64,000 nucleotides of DNA from an uncultured Candidatus Poseidoniales archaeon. GTDB taxonomy: Archaea > Thermoplasmatota > Poseidoniia > Poseidoniales > Poseidoniaceae. Position numbers and translations under genes: made by a program. Position 1 is the first letter of the stretch. Every line of letters begins with the position of its first letter. The notes beneath the pieces were generated by a model, which was not told where the DNA came from, made no database searches, and saw nothing but the letters and a program-made list of their open reading frames with translations. The stretch is from assembly GCA_905182715.1 (NCBI GenBank), contig CAJJCP010000003.1, positions 3,580-67,579 on the forward strand. Reading direction: 5' to 3'. Of this stretch, positions 34,439 to 44,785 are shown in pieces.

Positions 34439-37411
34439 TCAACTGAGAAGTTTAGCCAAATATTGGCCTGTAAAGCTCTCTTGATTTGCCGCAATATCCT
34501 CTGGAGTTCCTTGTGCAAGTATCATTCCGCCGCGTTCTCCACCCTCTGGTCCGAGGTCAATGACCCAATCTGCGGATTTGATAACATCGAGGTGGTGTTC
34601 AATGACAATTACGCTGTGTCCCTTCGCCCTTAATTCCAAAAGGACATTAATCAGTAATTCAACATCTGAAAAGGAAAGCCCAGTGGTTGGCTCGTCAAGG
34701 ATGTAGACGGTGTGTTTGTTTGGTGGGCGGCGTAATTCGCTTGCGAGTTTGACTCTTTGCGCTTCGCCGCCAGAGAGCGTTGTTGCTGGTTGGCCGAGTC
34801 GGACGTAAGAAAGCCCGACTGCACGAAGAGTGTCGAGGGTTCTGAAAATCTTACGATGGTTTTCGAAAAAGATGACCGCTTCACCGATTGGCATCTGAAG
34901 TATGTCGTTGATGTTCTTTCCCTTCCAGGTGACTTCCAGACATTCTCGGGTATATCGAAGGCCTTGACAAACATCACATGTGATCCAGACATCTGGCAGA
35001 AAGTTCATTTCTAATTTTATTGAGCCTGCGCCTTTACAGGATTCACAACGTCCACCTTTCACGTTGAAACTGAAGTGGCCGGGTGTATAACCGCGCTCTT
35101 TGGCGAGTGTTGTTTTCGAAAACAGAATACGAATTTCATCGAACACTTTAGTGTAGGTTGCAGGATTTGAACGCGGTGTTCGTCCGATGGGTGATTGGTC
35201 GATAATGATGGCTTTATCGACGTGCTCAAGACCCTTCATGCTTGTGTGCTTTCCAGCAATCGTATCGGCATTATGGAGGTGGCGTTGGAGGGCTGGAGCT
35301 AAAATCCCAGAAACGAGAGATGATTTTCCTGAGCCTGAAACACCAGTAATTGCAGTCATACAACCGATTGGGAATTTTGCATGAATGGATTGAAGGTTAT
35401 TGTGTTGGGCGCCTTTAATTGAAATCCATTTTTTGCTTGGTTTTCTTCGCTCTTCAGGGGTTGCTATTGAGCGCCTTCCGCTCAAAAATGCACCTGTGAC
35501 AGAATCTTCGGCTTGCATTGCAACCTCAGGTGGACCGTTTGCAACAACCATTCCCCCTTCCAATCCAGCACCGGGGCCCAAGTCACAGAGCCAGTCCGCT
35601 TGACGAAGGGTGTCTTCATCGTGTTCGACAACAATGAGGGTATTTCCAAGATCGCTGAGTTCGCGAAGTGTTGCAAGGAGTCGAGCGTTGTCCCGTTGGT
35701 GGAGGCCAATTGATGGTTCGTCGAGCACATACATGACTCCAGTAAGTCTGCTGCCGATTTGTGTAGCAAGGCGTATCCGTTGGCTTTCACCACCTGAAAG
35801 CGTGTTTGCTTTACGGTCAAGAGTGAGGTAGTCAAGGCCAACGCTGTCGAGGAAACCGAGTCGGTTTTCGATTTCTTTGAGAATGTCTTTGCCGATAAAA
35901 AGACTGCGTTCATCGAGAACTTCAAGGACGTCGGCGAAATTTTCAGGGGCACCTTCACCGTTAGGTTGCCATGCGCGAATCAATGCGAGAGAGTCGTGTA
36001 CTGAGCAACGGCTAACTTCGGGCAAACGTATGCCGCCAACAGAAACATATCGAGCTGCCGCATTGAGTTTCTCTCCACCACATTCGGAACAATCAAGGTC
36101 GGTCATGCAGCTGATGAGGCGGCTGCGGGTTCGCTCAGATGTCGTTTCTGTGTAGGTCTTTTGTAGACGAGCAATGATGCCTTCCCATGGCCGATTCATC
36201 TTGTAAACCGAGCCGTTATCGGATTCGAAATGGAAGTTGATGATGGTTGAACCTGACCCGTTAAGAAGTATGTCTTTGTCATCATCATCGAGTAATTCAA
36301 AGGGAGTGTTTCTTGAAATCCCATAATGCTGCGACACTTGTTCGAGCAATCGGCGATACCAAGATGGAGACATTGATTGACGCCATGGGCGTACGCACCC
36401 ATTGGCCACAGTGAGGGTACCATCGATGATGAGTTCGACATTAAATTGGCGTTCAACACCCAGCCCCTGGCACACACCGCATGCACCCAATGGCGAGTTG
36501 AATGAAAAGACTCGTGGAGAGAGTTCAGGCATGAAGGCGCCGTGGTCGGGGCAGGCGAAATCTTCAGACCAAGCAACCGTCTCGCCGACTTTTGTGAAAT
36601 GTGAACGTGTTCCTTCCGAGAGTTTTTCATCTTCGGCCGGGGCTTCCATGCTTTCGATAGCGACGGTCCCCCCTCCCAATTTTAGTGCGCCTTCAACTGA
36701 CTCAGTAAGGCGTTGGCGGCGGTCTTTTGTGCAGCGAAGGCGATCGATTCTCACATCGATATCGTGGCGGAAGTTTTTGTCTAATTCAGGAGGGTTTTCA
36801 AATCCAACTTCGTGTCCATTGACTTTACCATGGAGGTACCCTTGTTCGACAAGTTGCCGGAAAAGGTCGGCGTGTGTGCCTTTTCGGGCTCGAACAGCAG
36901 GAGCCCAGAGAATGATGGCGTGGCCTTCTGTATTCCACACGATGTCATCGACAATTTCTTGGACGGTTCGGCGAGCAACTTCTCTACCACAAGTTGGACA
37001 GTGTGGCTTACCGATTCGCGCCCATAGCAATCGAAAGTAATCTTGGATTTCGGTAACGGTTGCTACCGTCGACCTTGGATTGTGAGAGCCTTGTTTTTGG
37101 TCGATAGAAATTGCTGGTGAAAGGCCTTCGATGCCGTCGCAATCGGCTTTCTTCATTTGGCCTATGAACTGGCGAGCGTATGAGGAAAGGCTCTCAACAT
37201 AACGGCGTTGTCCTTCAGCATAGAGGGTATCGAAAGCCAGGCTAGATTTCCCAGAACCCGATACGCCTGATATTACAACGAACTTTCCCCGTGGAAGTTG
37301 TACAGTGATGTCTTGGAGGTTGTGCGTGCGAGCGCCGCGGACCTCTATCCAACCATGGTCGTGCCCCTCATTCACCATGCTATCATCCTCTTGCGCTGGC
37401 CGATAGTTCAA
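34439..37411 (-). CDS. uvrA: excinuclease ABC subunit A
   Basis: Two ABC modules (GVSGSGKSSL twice, LSGGESQR / LSGGEAQR) plus zinc-finger Cys clusters. Confidence 0.95.
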   Translation of the reverse strand: MNYRPAQEDDSMVNEGHDHGWIEVRGARTHNLQDITVQLPRGKFVVISGVSGSGKSSLAFDTLYAEGQRRYVESLSSYARQFIGQMKKADCDGIEGLSPAISIDQKQGSHNPRSTVATVTEIQDYFRLLWARIGKPHCPTCGREVARRTVQEIVDDIVWNTEGHAIILWAPAVRARKGTHADLFRQLVEQGYLHGKVNGHEVGFENPPELDKNFRHDIDVRIDRLRCTKDRRQRLTESVEGALKLGGGTVAIESMEAPAEDEKLSEGTRSHFTKVGETVAWSEDFACPDHGAFMPELSPRVFSFNSPLGACGVCQGLGVERQFNVELIIDGTLTVANGCVRPWRQSMSPSWYRRLLEQVSQHYGISRNTPFELLDDDDKDILLNGSGSTIINFHFESDNGSVYKMNRPWEGIIARLQKTYTETTSERTRSRLISCMTDLDCSECGGEKLNAAARYVSVGGIRLPEVSRCSVHDSLALIRAWQPNGEGAPENFADVLEVLDERSLFIGKDILKEIENRLGFLDSVGLDYLTLDRKANTLSGGESQRIRLATQIGSRLTGVMYVLDEPSIGLHQRDNARLLATLRELSDLGNTLIVVEHDEDTLRQADWLCDLGPGAGLEGGMVVANGPPEVAMQAEDSVTGAFLSGRRSIATPEERRKPSKKWISIKGAQHNNLQSIHAKFPIGCMTAITGVSGSGKSSLVSGILAPALQRHLHNADTIAGKHTSMKGLEHVDKAIIIDQSPIGRTPRSNPATYTKVFDEIRILFSKTTLAKERGYTPGHFSFNVKGGRCESCKGAGSIKLEMNFLPDVWITCDVCQGLRYTRECLEVTWKGKNINDILQMPIGEAVIFFENHRKIFRTLDTLRAVGLSYVRLGQPATTLSGGEAQRVKLASELRRPPNKHTVYILDEPTTGLSFSDVELLINVLLELRAKGHSVIVIEHHLDVIKSADWVIDLGPEGGERGGMILAQGTPEDIAANQESFTGQYLAKLLS

Positions 37412-37631
37412 GAAGTCTTGGAATTATCTTCGGCCTCCTATGGTTGAGAACATGTTGTTTGAGTTGGTTTCGTAAAAAAGTTGTTTTAAATTGGTAAATC
37501 TTCTTCTACCTCTTCATCGCTCCTTTCTAGGGCTAACGGTAAGTTTAGATATGATATGTATTGATTTTCCTCTCTAATACATCTCGTAGTCGATTCCGAG
37601 GTGCGTGGGATTGATTTGGGAGAGCGTCTTC

Positions 37632-38511
37632 TTATTGAAACGGTATATCTGAGGAGAATCGAACCGGTTCGTCCGTCTCTGGATGAAGGAATTCGAGAGC
37701 TGAGGCGTGAAGGCATACTCGGTTGAAAGCATTGGATTCTGCTCCATGTAATTCATCACCGACAACTGGGCATCCGAGGGAACGCATTGCCATACGTATC
37801 TGATGTCGCCGGCCTGTTTCGATACTAATTTGGACAAGTGAAGTGTGGTTATCAGTATCCGTAATTTCCCAGTGTGTAATGGCTTCTTTGGAGCCGTGGA
37901 ATGTTGATTTAACCCGCTTAACAAAGAGGTTTTTATCTTCGACAAGCCATTCTCTTGGCTGTTCCTTGCATTTCCTTTGGTCTGCCTTCAATCTAAGCGT
38001 GGTATGTGCGATGGACGGCACGTTCGGCAAATTGGGATTGGATGTATTCTTTGTGCCGTTGATGAAGCGCGAAAACCATCACACCGGATGTATCTCGGTC
38101 AAGTCGATGAACAATATAGCACCAATTTTTCTCATCTTTTTGTCGAACATAGTCAACACATCGGCCGTGTAAAGTATCAATTTCCATTTTATCAGTGGCG
38201 ATGGAAAGAAGGCCTGCTGGCTTTTCAACCACAAGAATGGCTTCATCTTCCCAAAGAACTTTCAGGTCTATTTTCTTCTGTTTTACAACTGGTGGAGGTG
38301 TGATTTCATGCGCTTTGACGCGACTCAGTAATTCAATTATCATGCCTTCTGTGATTTCGAATTTCGCTTTGTGTTGAATCGTTCCGTCGACTTGTACTCG
38401 ACCTTCAGTCAACATCGTTCGCAATTTAGTGCGCGAGGTATTATCCATAAAACCGCCGAGTATATCGAGTAAAGTTCCTGTTTTTTCTGCTATAAATTTC
38501 ATATGATTCAC
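37632..38511 (-). pseudogene. RluA-family pseudouridine synthase with N-terminal S4 domain, disrupted as sequenced (in-frame TAG at 37993-37995 plus a +1 frame change near 37950)
   Basis: Fragment 37993..38511 has HRLDRDTSGV and FAERAVHRTYHA, then TAG. The same frame continues IEGRPKEMQGT. Fragment 37632..38030 carries GSKEAITHWEI...ETGRRHQIRMAM...GDELHG. Span is 880 nt (3n+1). Confidence 0.75.
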
Positions 38512-39727
38512 CTACAAAAGAAGAGCGTCGCACCATGTGCCTTTCTCTCCACTGTGCCCTGGTTCAAGAAGTGTGAGTGCGTCAGCGAGAACCAAACTAT
38601 TGAGGTTCCCTGAGCCTTGGTATCCTGTTGAATATGCTCGTAATTGGTCGCCTGAGGCATCCACCTTGATTCTACGCAATACGAGGAAATTTCTCATCGG
38701 ATTTGAACGATTCTGCAAGCTGAACTCGGACGCGTCGTTCTTGAATCCCACCGCCTCCAGTTGATGCGCGAAGATACGGTGCAACGAGCATTCGGAACAC
38801 TACGTGGCTGCTTGCCGGGTTGCCTGGTAATCCAAATATTGGGACTGCCTTTCCAATAACCGAACAAAGGAGGGGAGCCCGGGCGAATCTTCACTCTCCA
38901 AAACTTGATGTCCCCTTCTTCTTCCATTATTTTCCGAACCAAATCCCAGTCGCCCATTGAAACGCCGCCTGATGTTAAGATTAGGTCGCATTCTTCCGCA
39001 GCCTTGTCGAGACTTTTTCGTAATATGTCGATTGAGTCTACGACTGAATCATATCTCTTTGCTGTATGCCCGGACCATTTTACGAGGCCGACTAGCCCAA
39101 AGGAATTAGATTCATAGATTTCACTCTCATTCAGTTCTGTCCCGGGAAGTTGAAGTTCGTCACCAGTGGAAAGAATACCTATTGTTGCTTGTTGGAAGAC
39201 TGGAATTTGTGGATGGCCCATTGTAGCGCAGAGCCCGACAGAAGAAGGAGTGAGTTGTGCGCCTTTGTTCAACGCTATCTGTCCTTTTGACAAGTTTTCA
39301 CCTTGTTTTCGAATAAAGTGTTTCTTTCCTTCTTCGTTGAGAAGGAGTGTTGAATTTTCCTCATCGACTTCGCATCGTTCGATTGGTAGAATGGCGTTCG
39401 CACCCTCTAGGTATTGGCGCGCCGGTCATTATTCGAACGGCTTGGCCTTTCTCAACAGAGAGAGAAGAGTGTTGGGCACCTGCTTGGATGGTATGAACAA
39501 TAGAAAGATGGTTTGGTGGGGTGAGTGAGTCTTCATACCGAAAAGCAAATCCGTCCATCGAGGAATTATCAAAACGGGGATCGTCAACTTTCGATTCAAG
39601 GTCGTGCGATAATATTCGGTTGTGTGCTTCATCCAACGGTACAACTTCTGTAGAGAGGGGGAGGAGGTTGACTTTCGAGAATCTTTATCGCTTCAGGGTA
39701 TGAAACGAAGTATGGGGTCTCGGGCAT
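38512..39727 (-). pseudogene. moeA: molybdopterin molybdenumtransferase MoeA, split over four frame segments as sequenced
   Basis: N-terminal MPETPYFVSYPEAIKILESQ (ATG 39727). Then DEAHNRILSHDL...DNSSMDGFAFR...IMTGAPIP (39361..39636). Then EGANAILPIERCEV...LTSGGVSMGDWD (to 38694). Then the C-terminal domain (38512..38784). First shift is at a C5 run (G5 on the plus strand, 39657-39661). Confidence 0.8.
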
Positions 39728-39772
39728 GGTTACACCATCGGTTCAGTTGGTTTGAGGTTCACGGTGCCGGAT

Positions 39773-40540
39773 TTAGAAGAATAATTCTGATATTCGTTTT
39801 ATTGAAGCGAGTAGGAGTACCGCAACAAGGAGGTTTCGAACCGTTGATTGTTTGGCATGATTCGAGCCATAGCGAGAGCCAATCAGGCCTCCAAGAAGAA
39901 CAGCTGAGATAAACGGAAGGAGCGTTTTTGATTGTAAAACAAGCTGGTTCGATGCCGCTGCACCAAGTAGCCCGGAAGCAGAGTTTACCCAAATGAACAA
40001 GGCTGCTGTTGCTGCTGCTGCTTTAGGGGTGGCCCATTGTTTGAGAAGAAGAATAGGGGAAAGGAAGATTCCCCCGCCCACCCCTATAATTCCACTGAAA
40101 AACCCAATACCGGCGCCAAATGCGTAAGCTTGGGCTTTTTCGGGGTTGGTGATCTGAGAGATGTCGGATTCTCCTTTCACAGAAAGAAGACGGAACGCAG
40201 CATAAAGTAACGTGATGGAAAGGAGGGTGTCGTAGATGGTCCCGTCGACTTTCAGATAACCTCCAATAAATGCAAATGGAATGCTAGCAACGATAAATGG
40301 AAGAGATTTTGTCTGGGAATGGTGTCCTGCTTTTGAATAATGAAGAAACGCTAATCCTGCAACAACAAGGTTGAGCACCCAGACGTGTTGTTTTAGCCAC
40401 GCACTTTGCATTTCACCATACGCTGTTAACGAGAGAAGGGCGATGTACCCTGACGCTCCCCCGTGGCCAACACTTGAATAAAGAATTGAAATTAAAAAAA
40501 GCCCACTGCATATTGCAAAAAGGGCAAAACCCTGATCCAT
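39773..40540 (-). CDS. TauE/SafE (DUF81) family anion exporter
   Basis: About 8 TM helices. GHGGASGYIALL and GVGGGIFLSPILLL motifs. Confidence 0.75.
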   Translation of the reverse strand: MDQGFALFAICSGLFLISILYSSVGHGGASGYIALLSLTAYGEMQSAWLKQHVWVLNLVVAGLAFLHYSKAGHHSQTKSLPFIVASIPFAFIGGYLKVDGTIYDTLLSITLLYAAFRLLSVKGESDISQITNPEKAQAYAFGAGIGFFSGIIGVGGGIFLSPILLLKQWATPKAAAATAALFIWVNSASGLLGAAASNQLVLQSKTLLPFISAVLLGGLIGSRYGSNHAKQSTVRNLLVAVLLLASIKRISELFF

Positions 40541-40558
40541 GCTTTCGCCTCAGACAAC

Positions 40559-40852
40559 TCATTCGAAATTCATGACAAAGCCGCATTCTGCATAAGCACA
40601 GGTCACGGTGTAACGAGATCTTTTCGGTTTAGGGATTTTAAGCATGGAACCACATTGTTCGCACTGTACTTTGAGTGTTTCTGCTGCAGCGGGTGCAGGT
40701 GCATCACCAAGAGTTCGGCCAACATCTTGTGACCAGCCGAGTGAATCCGTATACTTGTCAGACTTCGTACTCAACTTCTTTTGTTTCAAAGATAAACGCA
40801 TCTTGCGCTTTTTCTTTTTGGGTTGGGAGCCTTTAGGTGCCTTTGCTGCCAT
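40559..40852 (-). CDS. small Lys-rich protein with C-terminal zinc ribbon, hypothetical
   Basis: Basic N-terminus (KKKKRKMRLSLKQKK). CEQCG...CAYAECG cysteine pairs. Confidence 0.45.
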   Translation of the reverse strand: MAAKAPKGSQPKKKKRKMRLSLKQKKLSTKSDKYTDSLGWSQDVGRTLGDAPAPAAAETLKVQCEQCGSMLKIPKPKRSRYTVTCAYAECGFVMNFE

Positions 40853-40883
40853 GGGTATCAACTACCGCTTACCGTCGTTGTAT

Positions 40884-42227
40884 TCAATTACTTCGGCTGT
40901 ATTCTTCACCAAGATACTCAGAAATACCGTTCACTGGGTTATGAACAATATGTCCATTTTTCTCTAACGCTTCTACGAGTGGGGGTCGGGCGTTGTTTGG
41001 GTCTGTGTGGTAAACGATTACTTCCTCCGCGTCACATGCAGCTGCAAAGTCTACAATCTCTTTATGCCCAGCATGTGTTGAAAACGAATAGGACTTCCAT
41101 TCTAACGGTATATCAGTTTCATTTCCAAAGATGTTAATTTTTCCTTCGTCCTGGAGTTTTCTTCCACCTGTATTCGATGCCTGGTATCCAGTAAAAAGAA
41201 TAGCGTTCGCTGGGTCATGGCGAAGGCGGTTCAGGTACCAAATCGATGGTCCGCCTTGTAACATTCCTGATGTTGAAACAATTACGTCTGCTTCAAGTGC
41301 TTTTTTGCGATCTGATTTACTTGAAACTCTACGGCTCCAAGCCCACGCAGTCTTGAAAGCATCAGGGTCTCGAAGTGTTTCGGGGTGGTTCATCTGCATA
41401 CCTGCAATTCTTTTACCCATCCCATCTACATGTACATCCAGATGTGGAAGATATTTGTGAAGCCGCATAACAACATCTTGTGTTCGTCCATTGGCGAATG
41501 CTGGAATCAAAACCTTTCCACCTCGATCGATAATACGTTGCACATGGGTAACGAACTTCTGTTCTTCTTCAATAAGAGGTGGATGTTCTCTCCCACCGTA
41601 TGTTCCTTCAACAAAGAGCGTGTCGGTTTTTACCGGTTGAGCTCCTTTGGTTAAAGGGGAATCTCGGGTATCAAAATCACCTGAAAGAAGAATTTTGCGT
41701 TGTGGAGTTTCGATATTGAGCATAGCAGCACCAGGGATGTGTCCTGCTCGTTGTAATTCGAGTTTCCAATCTTCATGCATCCATGGATCGTTAAACTTGT
41801 GAATATTCCATGAGTCGAGGGCTGTATCGATGTCTCTTTTATCCCACGCAAGGGGGTATTTCTCAATTGAACTTACCTTGTGGCAGTCATGCCACATTAG
41901 TTCAGATATTTGTGCAGTAAGGGCTGTTCCATGAAGTCTTGTTCGATGATTTGAACAAAGCCATGGTGCCATTCCGAGATGGTCAACGTGTGAATGGGTA
42001 ATGACAGCATCTCGAACTTCTGGTGCCTCTGATGGATAACGGGGTGGACTCGTTGGGGCCAGGCCATAATCGAGAAGTAAGCGGGTTTTTTTTGCATCTT
42101 CAAGAACAATTCCGACATTACCAACCTCATCGCCTCCGCCAAGACAGTGGTAGCGAATGCCTTTCTCTGGGGGATCTTCAGGGTAAGTTGTCGTACGTCC
42201 GGGTGAATAGAATACCATGTGAATCAT
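40884..42227 (-). CDS. beta-CASP MBL-fold ribonuclease (aCPSF2-like, no KH domains)
   Basis: MBL motif THSHVDHLG. Beta-CASP C-terminal His motif FSTHAGHKE. Length of ~445 aa. Confidence 0.8.
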   Translation of the reverse strand: MIHMVFYSPGRTTTYPEDPPEKGIRYHCLGGGDEVGNVGIVLEDAKKTRLLLDYGLAPTSPPRYPSEAPEVRDAVITHSHVDHLGMAPWLCSNHRTRLHGTALTAQISELMWHDCHKVSSIEKYPLAWDKRDIDTALDSWNIHKFNDPWMHEDWKLELQRAGHIPGAAMLNIETPQRKILLSGDFDTRDSPLTKGAQPVKTDTLFVEGTYGGREHPPLIEEEQKFVTHVQRIIDRGGKVLIPAFANGRTQDVVMRLHKYLPHLDVHVDGMGKRIAGMQMNHPETLRDPDAFKTAWAWSRRVSSKSDRKKALEADVIVSTSGMLQGGPSIWYLNRLRHDPANAILFTGYQASNTGGRKLQDEGKINIFGNETDIPLEWKSYSFSTHAGHKEIVDFAAACDAEEVIVYHTDPNNARPPLVEALEKNGHIVHNPVNGISEYLGEEYSRSN

Positions 42228-42661
42228 TCTTTGCTAGTGGCGATATGTATTCAAGTTGATTCTTTTATACAACCTACACCCCTTTGTTTCCATTGGAATT
42301 CTTTTTCTCATAAAAACTAGAATTTCCATAGTGTATTGTGTTGTTAAGTTAAGTGCTTGTCGCGACCATATACTTCAGGGCATACTCTCGTTTCCTTCCA
42401 TCCCTTCCTTCAGCATACTCTCTTTGAAAATTCACATTCTCCTCCACCGGAAATGAAGGGGTCTACCTCCATTCGTTTCTTTTAGAACTGATAGAAGACA
42501 AATTCTTTCTTTTGGAATGAAGAAGAAGTCAATTCTTGTTCAGGTAAATACAACTCGATTACCCAATAAATACACTCCGCTAAAACAAATGACCAGTCGA
42601 AACTCAAATTCACTTCACTCGAAAGCGAAGGTGAGATGAACCCCAACTTCATCGACAATAC

Positions 42662-42868
42662 ATGGCACGGCAAGAAGGTCATCAGTTTCTTGTTGATGAT
42701 GACCGCTGTTTCGGTTGTGGGGCCTGCATAGCTCTTTGTCCAGTTAACGTACTTACACTCGTTGATCGTTTAGCTGTTGTCGATGAAGAAAACTGCTCAC
42801 ACTGTGAACTTTGTATTCCATCATGTCCAGTCTTTGCTCTCGATATCATTCCAAAAAAGGGTGCATGA
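42662..42868 (+). CDS. 2x[4Fe-4S] ferredoxin
   Basis: CFGCGACIALCP and CSHCELCIPSCP cluster motifs in 68 aa. Confidence 0.85.
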   Translation: MARQEGHQFLVDDDRCFGCGACIALCPVNVLTLVDRLAVVDEENCSHCELCIPSCPVFALDIIPKKGA

Positions 42869-42869
42869 G

Positions 42870-43591
42870 ATGAAATCGACTGTTTTACTTGGTGGAACAT
42901 TCTCCAACCTCATTACTGCTATTGAACTCTCACCTTCCCACCATGTCACCATCATCGAACTGAATGCTGAAATTGGTCTGCCATCAATATCACCTGGTCA
43001 CATACGCGACCAGGAACTTCTCACATCACTATCTTTCATCGGAACAAATTAAGTTTCTACAACTTCATCCATTCGATGAAGGCTTTACTCTACGTTCAGA
43101 ATGGGGTTTGAAACACCTTGCAGTCCATGCTGCAGAAAAAGGAGTGGAAATTTTAACCCGCACCAGAATTACCCATTGTGTTGAAACGGAAGATGGCTTT
43201 TCAATTGAGTTTCAAGGTGGCGGATCGAACAGTTCTGACACGATTCAATCTCACTTTCTCGTTAATGATATTCAATGGACCTATCAGGCACCGGGCGCGA
43301 AACACCATGCATTACCAAATTCAAAAAAAGTACATGTCCCAGACTTTCGGTATATTTGGACCGATGTATGGCGGTACGGCACTCAAGAGTGATTGCCAAA
43401 ACATTCCAGATGACATTACCACTTTACCTCGTTTCGAAGGATTAACCGAGGTCTGGCAAGCTTTAGAAATTTGGAAACCAGAACGAGGGTGGATAGAAAT
43501 CATCGAATGTTCGCTCCCTAACCTCATTGAAAAACGCTGTATAGACGCTCAAATTATCGAAGGCCGTCGCATTTCAAACCTCTTAAAATAA
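42870..43591 (+). pseudogene. small GGR/FixC-like flavoprotein-like protein, spread over three frames as sequenced
   Basis: Fragments: MKSTVLLGGTFSNLITAIEL...VTIIELNAEIG (degenerate dinucleotide fold); HLAVHAAEKGVEILTRTRITHCVETEDGFSIEF; then 43178..43591. Frames step 0>1>2. Span is 722 nt (3n+2). Confidence 0.4.
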
Positions 43592-43647
43592 AGAAATGTA
43601 GTGTTGCTGAACACACCACCTTAAAACCCCCAACTGTCGCCCAATAG

Positions 43648-44758
43648 ATGAAGAGAACGTCTTCAGGGGGGCAAATTATGGCAGAACATCCATTAGCAGA
43701 TTTACGAAAAAAACTAAAAGAGGAAAATCTTCTCGACAAACCTACAAGTAAATCGTGGACCAAAGTCATTATTCTTTTTGTAATTGTTTTCGCACTCTGC
43801 ACCATCCACCTCTTCCTCCCACTCGTATTCGGACTCCTCCTCATTCCGATCACAGCACTCTTTGCAACAACTCTTGCAATGACTGGTCACGAAGGAGTTC
43901 ATTCGTCAGCTTGCCGCTCTAAACTTGGCAATATTTCCTTAGCAGCTGTTGTCTTCCCACTTTTCGCTGGCTTTTCAATGGAATATTGGCGAGAAAAGCA
44001 CAACATGAAACACCACGCTCAACCCAACGTTGTCAACAAGGATCCTGATATTCATTCATGGCCATTCACCTTTAGTCAAGAAGAATACATCACCAGCGGT
44101 CCGGTTCGCCGCTTCTTCCAAAGGAACCTCCAAGGCTGGACTTTCTGGCCCATTTCCCTTCTTGTCGGCCACCTCATGCGCCTTGATGGTTTGAAATACA
44201 TTGCTCTAAAGCCTTTCAAATCAAAGAAAAACAAGAGAATCACCAAAGTATGGCTTCTCGATACAAGTCTTATCCTCGTGCACTTTGCTTTGTGGATTGC
44301 TCTCCCAATTTTTGCAGGCCTTTCTTGGCAAATCACACTCGGGTTTTACGCACTTCTATGGGGCCTTGTTGGAACTTTCCTTACTGCTATCTTCATTGTA
44401 GGCCACGCAGGACGTCCAATCATTAGCGAATACGACCAAAATTGGCGACTTCAAATAGAGACGGCGCGACGAATTAAATTCGGACCAATTCGGTTCATTC
44501 TTTTTCGTTGGACTCGACTACCAGATCGAACACCACATGCTCCCAGCCCTCTCACACTTCAACCTCCCAAAGGCAGCACCACTCGTCAAAGAGTACGCTG
44601 AAGAGCGAGGCTGGCAGTACCAGGAGACTGGGCTTCTTACAGAGCGCTCTGGGAGTCAACGGTTCGCCTTACACTACGCTTGGAAGACCCCCTCTCTCGT
44701 CCTCAACGAAGATGGTGAACTCAGCGATCCACTTCAAACTGAAAACACAACTGCGTGA
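43648..44758 (+). pseudogene. membrane fatty-acid desaturase family protein, +1 frame change near 44460-44490 as sequenced
   Basis: His boxes HEGVH and HNMKHH are in frame 1. The third box, GLDYQIEHHMLP, with its C-terminus is in the next frame (ORF 44537..44758). Span is 1111 nt (3n+1). Confidence 0.75.
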
Positions 44759-44785
44759 AAACCTCTTCAAAGGGAACTTCCACCA

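Noticed and set aside
34369-34518. Longer purL start at 34518, and similarly extended track starts at 50135, 46358, 46531, 14421, 14368, 30666 and 59836
   Set aside because: The extensions overlap neighbouring genes and encode basic, non-conserved sequence. Internal Met codons give canonical N-termini (PurS-like start, signal peptides, Rossmann starts).
36402-37040. 212-aa plus-strand ORF within uvrA, and similar antisense ORFs at 27381..27887, 4036..4518 and 23875..24390
   Set aside because: The opposite strand encodes proteins with unambiguous conserved motifs. These ORFs have biased composition and no recognisable features.
37993-37995. In-frame TAG in the RluA gene as pyrrolysine or stop-codon reassignment
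   Set aside because: Other genes in the window terminate at TAG (for example pyrF at 16286-16288). No pyl genes are seen. The family consensus at this site is Leu (TTG), one substitution away, and the same gene also has a frame change.
42256-42682. 66-aa ORFs 42256..42456 (+) and 42482..42682 (-) in the long spacer
   Set aside because: They have AT-rich, low-complexity, Ile/Leu/Ser/Phe-dominated translations with no start context or motifs. The region is treated as non-coding.
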